Positions 56,953 to 64,000 of a stretch of 64,000 nucleotides of DNA are shown in pieces (position 1 is the stretch's first letter; each line of letters begins with the position of its first letter). The notes below the pieces were generated by a model that saw only the letters and a program-made list of their open reading frames with translations, searched no databases and was not told where the DNA came from. The stretch lies in NCBI GenBank assembly GCA_018818965.1, contig JAHJQX010000029.1, forward strand, positions 2,982 through 66,981. Reading direction: 5' to 3'. A program made the position numbers and the translations under genes. This DNA is from Patescibacteria group bacterium (GTDB lineage Bacteria; Patescibacteriota; JABMPQ01).

Positions 56953-59118
56953 TTATTCCCAATGCATTACCTTCTCAAACTGTCCTATCCTTTCTCTTAA
57001 AAGTACATTTTCATCTAAATCCGGGTCTTTGTCAAGTAATTTATCAGCTGCCTGCTTGGCTTGCTTGATCAACCCATAGTCTGTCAAAGAAGCCATGCGT
57101 AAATCTGGCAAGCCCGATTGTTGCAGGCCATAGACTTCCCCTGGCCCCCGTATCTCCAAGTCTTTTTCCGCTAATTTAAAACCATCATGGCAGTCGACAA
57201 TTGCCTGCAAGCGCTCTTGTACTTTCTCGCCCCCCGCTTCCGTGAAAAGAAAACAATATGATTGCTGCTCCCCCCGCCCTACTCGCCCCCGGAACTGATG
57301 CAGTTGAGCCAAACCAAAACGTTCCGCACCTTCAATCATCATAATTATCGCGTTGGGTACATCAATCCCAACTTCAATCACTGAAGTCGATACCAAAATA
57401 TTCAACTTACCCGCCACAAACTCCCCCATTACCTGCTCTTTTTCCTCTTTTGGCAACCGACCGTGCAGCAAGCCAATAGCCAGCTCGGGAAAAACCTGCC
57501 GCGATAACTTATTATATTCCTCCGTGGCTGACTTAACGCCTAGCTTGTCCGATTCTTCAATTAAGGGACAAACCACGAACACTTGCCGGCCATCGCTGAC
57601 TTTCTGCCGGATAAAATTGTAGGCTTTGTCACGATTATAGGGAGCTACTAATTTAGTTATTATCTTTTGTCTGCCGGGAGGTAGTTCGCCAATGATGGAT
57701 AAGTCCAGGTCACCATAAAGACCAAGCGCTAGCGTCCGGGGAATAGGAGTAGCCGTCAGCGAAAGCAAATGGGGAGCCGTCTGCGGTTGCTGATCAATCT
57801 TCTTTAACTTAGCCCGCTGCTCTACCCCAAAACGATGTTGCTCATCAACAATTGCTAAAGCGAGTTTTTTGAATTTTACTTTATCCTGAATGAGGGCGTG
57901 GGTGCCGATGACTAGATCTAGCTTGCCCGCCTTGATCAACTTCCCCATTCCACTTTTGGATATATGAGTGCCGTTAATTGATGTTTTAATATTGCTCCGA
58001 GTAAAAAGCCCTACTTTAACCCCAAAGGGTTGTAATAATTTACTTACACCAGTAAAATGCTGCCCCGCTAAAATCTCTGTCGGAACCATTAGGGCTACTT
58101 GATACCCAGCTTTTACTACCTGCAAAGCAGAAATTGCTGCTACCACTGTTTTCCCGGAACCGACATCACCTTCAAGAAGTCGATTCATCGGCTCCGACTT
58201 TTCCAAATCCTGCAAAATCTCCCAGGCAGCTATTTTCTGTGCTTTAGTTAAAATAAAAGGCAACTGGCCGACAAACTTTTTCACTAACGGCTCATCAAAT
58301 TTAACAGCGTAAGATTTATTTTGCTGCCAAACTGCTTTCTTTTGCAACGAATTCAGCTGGATTAAAAATAGCTCGTCAAACGACAGGCGCTTGCGAGCGG
58401 CACAAAGAGATTTGGTATTGTCCGGAAAATGTATCTGTTTGATAGCAGCTGCCAGGCTAATTAAACCTTGCTTCTCGATTATTTCCTCTGGCAACCAGTC
58501 CTTTATTTCACCTACTTTGCTCAGCAGCGGTTTGATCACAAATCGTAACCAGCGTGAAGTTAAGCCAGCTGTCTCGGCATAAACCGGCACGATGCGACCA
58601 GTGTGGACTGAATCTTCTTTGTAACGTTCAAATACTGGATTGGTCAACTGCCATTTTGCTTGGTAACCACTTTCAACTTTGCCATGCAAAACAGCGCATG
58701 TTCCTACTGGCAAAGACCGTTCAATATAAGGCTGATTGAACCAAACTATCTTAAGACTAGCACTGTCATCAGAAATTACTGCCTCGGTGATGACTAGCCG
58801 ACGACGCGGAGTGCGGCTAGTATTGATCGCTTTAATCTGTCCGCGAATTGTGGCCTGCTCATTGAGTTGCAACTTTTTGATTGAAGTAATAGTACTAAAA
58901 TCATTGTAACGTTTAGGAAAATAAAAAAGCAGATCTCGGACAGTTACCAGACCTAACCTCTTCAGCGCCTGCTGACGCTTACGATCTATTTTGCGTATTT
59001 TGGTAAGAAGAGTATTGATATCCACCGCTTTTTCCAACTGGCAATTAATTGTCTGCTTAGTCAGTAACGGAGAAAAGAGTAGTTTCTTCATCAGGTTCAA
59101 CTGAAATCGTCTTTTCAA
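56953..59118 (-). CDS. recG: ATP-dependent DNA helicase RecG
   Basis: 721 aa, wedge domain, GDVGSGKT, DEQHRFGV, helicase C. Confidence 0.9.
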   Translation of the reverse strand: MKRRFQLNLMKKLLFSPLLTKQTINCQLEKAVDINTLLTKIRKIDRKRQQALKRLGLVTVRDLLFYFPKRYNDFSTITSIKKLQLNEQATIRGQIKAINTSRTPRRRLVITEAVISDDSASLKIVWFNQPYIERSLPVGTCAVLHGKVESGYQAKWQLTNPVFERYKEDSVHTGRIVPVYAETAGLTSRWLRFVIKPLLSKVGEIKDWLPEEIIEKQGLISLAAAIKQIHFPDNTKSLCAARKRLSFDELFLIQLNSLQKKAVWQQNKSYAVKFDEPLVKKFVGQLPFILTKAQKIAAWEILQDLEKSEPMNRLLEGDVGSGKTVVAAISALQVVKAGYQVALMVPTEILAGQHFTGVSKLLQPFGVKVGLFTRSNIKTSINGTHISKSGMGKLIKAGKLDLVIGTHALIQDKVKFKKLALAIVDEQHRFGVEQRAKLKKIDQQPQTAPHLLSLTATPIPRTLALGLYGDLDLSIIGELPPGRQKIITKLVAPYNRDKAYNFIRQKVSDGRQVFVVCPLIEESDKLGVKSATEEYNKLSRQVFPELAIGLLHGRLPKEEKEQVMGEFVAGKLNILVSTSVIEVGIDVPNAIIMMIEGAERFGLAQLHQFRGRVGRGEQQSYCFLFTEAGGEKVQERLQAIVDCHDGFKLAEKDLEIRGPGEVYGLQQSGLPDLRMASLTDYGLIKQAKQAADKLLDKDPDLDENVLLRERIGQFEKVMHWE

Positions 59119-60256
59119 TTTCCCAACTCTCTAGATTTACTACGCGCAAAGATCTAGATTCTTTGGCTTGATAATATAGTTTGTTATTATCGACAAATAT
59201 AAAATTAGCGTAGAGTTTGTCTTCCGGAATTATTTTACTGGCAATAATTTGCTTGTCTTTATCGAAACGCAGGAGCGTGATAAAATCGCCCCCGCCAATT
59301 ACGATAGTGCTGGTTTTTACGGATATAGCCGTCGCGTAGGGACGAGACTTATCAGCTATTTGGCTCTTGACTTCCTCTGACACGGTGTAGACTTCTTTTT
59401 TGGGTTCTAGCTGATGGGGATCAACAACAATTATTTTATCAGCTCCACCTTTGGGTACTGCCAGAAAATATCGACCGTCATATTCTAGATCCACCATTCC
59501 CGCGCTATCATCCGGCATACCAAATTCAGAAAATGCTAAAATCTGTTGCTCCCGCAAGTCATCTACTTCCACAATTGAAAGAGGGATCGAAGACCCGACC
59601 CCTTCCCCACAAGGCCAGACAAAGAAACGATCATATTTTGAATCATACTGGTGACAACCAAAAAAATCACCGACACCGGGGAGCTTAAGATCATCGGCTG
59701 CTTTCACTTGGTTACTGCTGGCATCCAGGAAGTATTTTCTACTGCCAACCACCTTGTAGCCATACATACCCAATTCTTCTTCCGTATCGCTTATCTCGAG
59801 ATAAAATTTACTTGGCTCAGAAATAGAATGGTCTAGACTGATTAATTCTGAGGATTTCAACGGCTCCAAAGATATTTTATTAATAGCTTTATCCTCCAAA
59901 GAGTAAGCAAATAAGCTGCTGTCTTTCTGTAGAATAATATAGCTAGGAAAGGGATTATAACTGTATTGACTAGCGATCTCATAACCGGCAGGGATCAAAT
60001 CTTTATTTTCATCAGTAGCAACATTTATAAAAGAATATTTACCTTCTCTCCCTAGACCAAAATAAACAGATCTGGTAGGTCCGATGATCACTGACGACTC
60101 ACTTGTCTGCGAAAAAGAGCATTGATAAACTAAATAGCCTGCTAAACCAATAGCAACAACGCTCGCTACCACAATTAGAGCAATAACTGGCCGAGACACA
60201 GACTTACTCAGCCGAAAACTTGCCTGCGATTTTTGGGGAGGTGTTGGTTGATCCAT
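59057..60256 (-). CDS. hypothetical membrane-anchored extracytoplasmic protein
   Basis: N-terminal TM (VIALIVVASVVAIGLAGYLVY), 399 aa, no clear domain. Overlaps the recG start by ~60 nt. Confidence 0.5.
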   Translation of the reverse strand: MDQPTPPQKSQASFRLSKSVSRPVIALIVVASVVAIGLAGYLVYQCSFSQTSESSVIIGPTRSVYFGLGREGKYSFINVATDENKDLIPAGYEIASQYSYNPFPSYIILQKDSSLFAYSLEDKAINKISLEPLKSSELISLDHSISEPSKFYLEISDTEEELGMYGYKVVGSRKYFLDASSNQVKAADDLKLPGVGDFFGCHQYDSKYDRFFVWPCGEGVGSSIPLSIVEVDDLREQQILAFSEFGMPDDSAGMVDLEYDGRYFLAVPKGGADKIIVVDPHQLEPKKEVYTVSEEVKSQIADKSRPYATAISVKTSTIVIGGGDFITLLRFDKDKQIIASKIIPEDKLYANFIFVDNNKLYYQAKESRSLRVVNLESWEIEKTISVEPDEETTLFSVTD

Positions 60257-60281
60257 GTTTTTTATTATTTTCTGCCTTCGT

Positions 60282-60327
60282 GAGAAATCCTACCCTAGCG
60301 GGTGGTCACCCGTAGGGTGAAAACCTA
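60282..60327 (-). repeat. second copy of the tRNA-downstream palindromic element (CACCCTACGGGTG-AC-CACCCGCTAGGGTA in tRNA orientation)
   Basis: About 55 nt 3' of tRNA-Arg(GCG). Near-identical to 39884-39912 including flanks (GGTTYTCACCC...AGGGTRG.AWWTC). Confidence 0.75.
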
Positions 60328-60378
60328 TATAATCAGCTCCCCGCAAGTAGACCAGACTTTGTTCGCAAAACTTTAATA

Positions 60379-60452
60379 TGTCCTCGACAGGATTCGAACC
60401 TGTGGCCTTAGGCTCCGCAAGCCTACGCTCTATCCAGCTGAGCTACGAGGAC
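60379..60452 (-). tRNA. tRNA-Arg(GCG)
   Basis: Reverse strand GTCCTCG...CGAGGAC acceptor, anticodon loop UUGCGGA. Confidence 0.8.
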
Positions 60453-60681
60453 AAATCTCTCTGCTCTTATTATTACAGATAAAAAAAGGGGAGGCAACTC
60501 CTCTTAGCCAAAGTAATATTTATGTAACGAGTATCAATCCGCAGAACTTTTAGTATAAGTTACATTAAAACTATATATTCTCATGTCACCATTACCTGGA
60601 TCAACATAATCGGCCGAAGAACATACTACCAAAAAAGACCACCGCACCACTATTTTTGATTTTCATTTGAGTTTATTGGTT

Positions 60682-61221
60682 TTAGATTCCCAGTTTCCGC
60701 GCTGCTTTCTCCGAAAGATGCTCCTCTTTCTCCATATCCTCGGGTAAATAACGTAATAATACTTCCCTGATCTTGAGCGGATTTTCACTTTCTAGCTGGA
60801 GGTTAATATTGGGAAATATAAGTTGCTGTCGGTCGAAATTTAGAGTTTTAACTTCGGGTGGATTATACAATATCCAAAATGACTTGAGATCGCCCTCATA
60901 TGTTAAAACCTTATCGCCGATTACCACGCCCTCTTTCGTAATATGAACATCAATAGTGGCCGGCTCTTTTGTATCAAAAATATAGACTACCACTGCCACC
61001 ATGATGATAATGACTACAAACAAATAATTAGCAGTTATTAATCCGTAGATCAGCAAAGCAATGCCAGCTACTATCAGAAAAGTCAGCTGAGAACCGACAA
61101 AATTGTATTTTTGGAATTCCTGCGTTTGCCAACTGAATAATACCTCGTCATTACCACCCGGCCGGCCGGCTTCTAAGGCATCTTCCCTCGAATCTAATTG
61201 GGAAATGTTTTCTTTGGGCAT
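60682..61221 (-). CDS. membrane protein, two TM plus C-terminal bacterial PH-like (DUF304-like) domain, tentative
   Basis: Architecture only. 179 aa. Confidence 0.4.
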   Translation of the reverse strand: MPKENISQLDSREDALEAGRPGGNDEVLFSWQTQEFQKYNFVGSQLTFLIVAGIALLIYGLITANYLFVVIIIMVAVVVYIFDTKEPATIDVHITKEGVVIGDKVLTYEGDLKSFWILYNPPEVKTLNFDRQQLIFPNINLQLESENPLKIREVLLRYLPEDMEKEEHLSEKAARKLGI

Positions 61222-61252
61222 ATATTTATTTTAATATTTAGACAAAATATTA

Positions 61253-62155
61253 TTAACCGGTCTCGGCAATATCAGCTTCGGCTGTTTGTTCTTCTAAATT
61301 GCTCCGGGCACTTTCCAGCTCAGCCATCCTTATTTCCAGGGTTTTCATTTTATCCCTCACGGCAAGCAAACCTTCGAACCCCTCTTCCGCAAATTTCCAT
61401 CTAGTTTTTTTTATCCAAGATTCATCATATCGGCCAGGATTGCTTTCTTGCTCATCAAGTCTACGCATTAGGTGTTGATATTCTGCTAATCTATCAGGAT
61501 ATTCAACCAGGTCTTGGGTTCCTTTTTCCCTAACCATCCCCTCTAATACACTATTTAATCGATGTATTCTTCGCTCGATATCTTCCCCCTCAGCTTCATT
61601 AGTTGCCTCTCCCCTCTCTCTGGCCAATTCCATTAGCCTCCTTTCAAGCTTGCTTGTCCCAGCTACATTATATGCTCGACTTTTTTCCCTTTCCAGCTCA
61701 GACATCTCCCTCTCAGCTCTCTTTTGTTCAGCAGCAAAATACTCCCGAGTTGATTCGATATCGCCTTCTTGCCAAGCTTTGATGACGATCAAGAGCTCTT
61801 TTAAATCATCCCCTTCTGCCTCAGCAACTCTATCCTGCAAATACTCAAGAGGATCTTTATTGACAGCTCGTCCGTCCACTGGGGTTTCGGCTTCCCTCCT
61901 TCTCCTTTCTACAGACAAATCAATAATATTCGCATCGTCAACATCGTGCATATCATCGCGTACAGTCCTCATCAAACCAGATTTTATCTCTTGAGGTTGT
62001 CGGCCTCTGCCCTGTCCTGGCTTTCCACTCTCTCCACTTGCCTCTGCTTCTTCTGTCATAGTAACATCATGCTCACCAGCGGGAATTACTTGATCGCTAC
62101 TTTCACGAGCAGAAAAATGTTGGTCTTCTTGCCCTGGTTGTCCTTCTCTAAACAT
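61253..62155 (-). CDS. hypothetical acidic coiled-coil protein with disordered N-terminus
   Basis: 300 aa, Glu/Arg-rich heptad-like repeats, GC-richer than neighbours. Confidence 0.5.
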   Translation of the reverse strand: MFREGQPGQEDQHFSARESSDQVIPAGEHDVTMTEEAEASGESGKPGQGRGRQPQEIKSGLMRTVRDDMHDVDDANIIDLSVERRRREAETPVDGRAVNKDPLEYLQDRVAEAEGDDLKELLIVIKAWQEGDIESTREYFAAEQKRAEREMSELEREKSRAYNVAGTSKLERRLMELARERGEATNEAEGEDIERRIHRLNSVLEGMVREKGTQDLVEYPDRLAEYQHLMRRLDEQESNPGRYDESWIKKTRWKFAEEGFEGLLAVRDKMKTLEIRMAELESARSNLEEQTAEADIAETG

Positions 62156-62245
62156 AAAACAAATAGCTAATTCTAACTTTGTTTACTATAACACAGACAC
62201 ATGTTGAAATCAAACTGTGCTCGGAAAAATATAAAATGTTAAGCC

Positions 62246-62332
62246 CGGAAGGGGTGGGATTCGAACCCACGGTCCCCGTAAGGAGACTCCGGTTTTCAAG
62301 ACCGGTACATTCGGCCACTCTGCCACCCTTCC
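62246..62332 (-). tRNA. tRNA-Ser(TGA), class II
   Basis: Reverse strand GGAAGGG...CCCTTCC acceptor, anticodon loop CUUGAAA, long variable arm. Confidence 0.85.
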
Positions 62333-62568
62333 TTAAGCCCCCATCCTTTTTTTCAGGCTATCACGAACTACAATAAAGCAAAACAGACAATCAGGCAAGC
62401 TGGCTGGGTTCCTAATTAGGCAAAAATTACCCTAAAGATACAGAAAAGTTCAATATTTAAAAACATCTACGACTTCGCAGAACTACTGCCTCCTAGAGCC
62501 AAGATTATAAGTATTGGCCGTGAGATACTAATATTTTTCTTAGGCGTGGTTTTGAATGCGCCAGAATT

Positions 62569-62738
62569 GATCTGGGACTGTCGCCGAATACGCTTTCGTC
62601 ACGAAATTTTCATATTTTGAGGCAAATGTTTTAAACAATCTTTGAAGTTTAGCCTAAGCTAAGCCGAAAAGATTTTTAGAAGATTTGACCAAAATAGGGA
62701 AATTGCAGTCGGAATGGTATTTGGCGACAGTCCCGATC
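62569..62738. repeat. imperfect 21-bp inverted repeats (GATCTGGGACTGTCGCCGAATA / TATTTGGCGACAGTCCCGATC) flanking a ~127-bp AT-rich spacer
   Basis: Read directly. 20 of 22 positions complementary with one indel. Confidence 0.6.
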
Positions 62739-62764
62739 TAGTAGACATTTTTCTGCGGGAATTA

Positions 62765-62792
62765 AAAAGCAGCCTACACTGGGCTGTTTTTT
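62765..62792 (-). terminator. bidirectional hairpin (CAGCC-N7-GGCTG) with flanking A/T runs immediately 3' of tRNA-Ser(GCT)
   Basis: Read directly. Confidence 0.6.
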
Positions 62793-62797
62793 GAAAT

Positions 62798-62884
62798 CGG
62801 AGAGGGAGGGATTCGAACCCTCGAGCCACTAATGCGGCTAACACCTTAGCAGGGTGCCCCTTTCAACCACTCAGGCACCTCTCC
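62798..62884 (-). tRNA. tRNA-Ser(GCT), class II
   Basis: Reverse strand GGAGAGG...CCTCTCC acceptor, anticodon loop CUGCUAA, long variable arm. Confidence 0.85.
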
Positions 62885-63025
62885 AATATGATTACTCGGC
62901 AAGGCCTCGGACAAAAAGTCGTAGTGCCTTCGGGTTCCGGGGTTGCTTTGGCAACCCGTCGGACGACTCGCAAGCTCGCGTCCAACCCACTCAGGCACCT
63001 CTCCAATATGATTACTCGGCAAGGC
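62865..63025. repeat. ~42-bp direct repeat (CAACC(C)ACTCAGGCACCTCTCCAATATGATTACTCGGCAAGGC) x2, 119 bp apart, duplicating the first ~20 nt of tRNA-Ser(GCT) plus its upstream sequence
   Basis: Copies at 62865-62905 and 62984-63025. GC-rich hairpins (GGGTTGC-TTTG-GCAACCC) in between. Confidence 0.8.
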
Positions 63026-63079
63026 TCTGTCTGTTAGTCCTACTCCCACCATACTATTAGAATAAGCCAGCCTCGTCAA

Positions 63080-63814
63080 TTACTTCCCGCGCGCCAACAC
63101 CAGCCCCCAAATTTTTCGCGGCTTGGCTTTATCAATTTCCTTGGCACATTCCTCCAAAGTCGCACTGGTAGTACAAATATCATCAATAATAAAAATAGTT
63201 TTACCCCGCAAAATAGCAGTCTTCTCTAGCTGAAAAGCACCCTTGATATTTTTACGCCTTTTGATTGGATCTAGCTTGGCTTGGGCAGGTGTGCTCTTAA
63301 TTCTGACTAACACATCATCTCGCACTGTAAATTTAGCTCTTTTATTCAACTCCTGCGCCAACAAAGCAGTCTGATTAAACCCTCGCTGACGTTGGCGCTG
63401 ACGATAAAGCGGCACGGGTACGAAAATAACGTCTTGCCAATCCACCTGATGGCGACTCAACCAAACCTTTAGTCCGGCGTGCAATATCGTCGCTAGCGGC
63501 CGTGACATATCCCGCACAAACTTATACTTGAGAGCATGCACCGCCTGTCGCAACAACTTATCCTCATAAGAAGCAGCTGCCACAATACCGGTCATTTTCG
63601 AAGTAACTCGACACTGGTCGCAAAATGAGCCATCGTCCGAAATACATCCACAACGGGGGCAAGCCAGCTTTTTGTTAATTTCAATTTCCGACAGACAAGA
63701 AGAACAAACCCATTCCCCTTCCCAGAGACAACCAATGCATTTAATCGGAAATATAATATCCAGGATAAACTGCCAAATTTTACTTATTCCCTCCCACATA
63801 AATAAATATATCAA
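63080..63814 (-). CDS. comF: ComF family protein (phosphoribosyltransferase domain with N-terminal Cys4 zinc finger)
   Basis: CIGC...CSSC / CPRC...CDQC. C-terminal PRTase motif IFIIDDICTTSAT. Confidence 0.8.
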   Translation of the reverse strand: MIYLFMWEGISKIWQFILDIIFPIKCIGCLWEGEWVCSSCLSEIEINKKLACPRCGCISDDGSFCDQCRVTSKMTGIVAAASYEDKLLRQAVHALKYKFVRDMSRPLATILHAGLKVWLSRHQVDWQDVIFVPVPLYRQRQRQRGFNQTALLAQELNKRAKFTVRDDVLVRIKSTPAQAKLDPIKRRKNIKGAFQLEKTAILRGKTIFIIDDICTTSATLEECAKEIDKAKPRKIWGLVLARGK

Positions 63815-63865
63815 AACGTCGTTATTGGAAAGTTGTCTTCCTTATTGTATAATAGAAATAATCAT

Positions 63866-64000
63866 ATGCCAGATAAAAACTACCAAGCTGCGTTCAATTT
63901 TGCCCACAAGTTGCTTAGTTGTTATCCACGTACTGTCTATGAAATTCGCTCCAAGTTGATGAAAAAGAATTACGGATCGGATTTAGTGGACAAGATAATC
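63866..64000 (+). CDS. recX: regulatory protein RecX, N-terminal part (truncated by window edge)
   Basis: MPDKNYQAAFNFAHKLLSCYPRTVYEIRSKL resembles the RecX N-terminus. Frame differs from track ORF 63672-63959. Confidence 0.5.
   Translation, partial: MPDKNYQAAFNFAHKLLSCYPRTVYEIRSKLMKKNYGSDLVDKII

Noticed and set aside
62846-63079. 77-aa (minus) and 68-aa (plus) ORFs with internally repeated peptides
   Set aside because: They are artefacts of the 42-bp direct repeat and overlap tRNA-Ser(GCT).

Overview
This 64-kb window looks like a small, AT-rich genome of the Candidate Phyla Radiation (Patescibacteria) type. Ribosomal proteins L22, S19, L23, S12, L19 and S5 carry long Lys/Glu-rich tails, L30 is absent, S14 is the Z-type, and 11 tRNA genes cluster in the right-hand half.

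Core content, roughly left to right:
- Positions 1-18.1 kb (minus strand) hold a fused S10-spc-str ribosomal supercluster: rpsL-rpsG-[PLDc_N membrane protein]-fusA-tuf-rpsJ-rplC...rplO-secY-adk-map-ruvX. A DJ-1/PfpI gene sits between rpsE and rplO.
- 18-22 kb holds an M50 protease, rpmB, a small HiPIP-like 4-Cys protein, and an oxidative-stress cluster (PerR-like Fur, desulfoferrodoxin, ferritin-like protein). An MFS transporter and mutM follow.
- 22.8-23.7 kb is a GC-rich ~0.8-kb insertion at the 5' end of mutM. It is flanked by ~47-bp direct repeats that duplicate the first 15 mutM codons with synonymous-only differences. It carries a consensus sigma70 promoter and a 198-aa orphan ORF.
- 23.8-30.4 kb holds an ABC-2 exporter, then a copper module: csoR with a candidate operator, a lipoprotein, an HMA-permease-cupredoxin-like fusion with a Cys-rich tail, and copA.
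- 30-39 kb holds housekeeping genes (HAD, truB, SemiSWEET, Nudix, rsuA-like, rdgB, grx) and metF-metH preceded by a probable SAM-I riboswitch.
- An ArsR/SmtB regulator sits directly upstream of an unannotated 24-aa Cys-rich micropeptide, MIGGSCCSYGGGSCCGLGGGSCCG. The peptide has the only strong Shine-Dalgarno seen in this window and is followed by three hairpins.
- 39.6-49.2 kb is a tRNA-rich accessory region. Features include a tRNA-Lys 3' duplicate, a conserved palindromic element, an orphan ORF, rluA-cmk-rplS, and LAGLIDADG-like and HNH endonuclease genes each overlapping the 5' end of a tRNA. Also present are tRNA-like fragments, a GC-rich noncoding block, tandem RlpA-like paralogs, and several terminators.
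- 49-64 kb holds tsaB, PAP2-like, Mur ligase, an amino-acid permease, a membrane PD-(D/E)xK-like protein, Nudix (x2), a TolB-like propeller, a second GC-rich ~0.4-kb island with an orphan ORF, and recG. Further on, a tRNA-flanked pair of hypothetical genes, duplicated tRNA-Ser 5' end repeats, comF and the start of recX.

The most interesting candidates are the ArsR-micropeptide module, the mutM 5'-end insertion cassette with the related second GC island, and the tRNA-associated palindromic and endonuclease elements.
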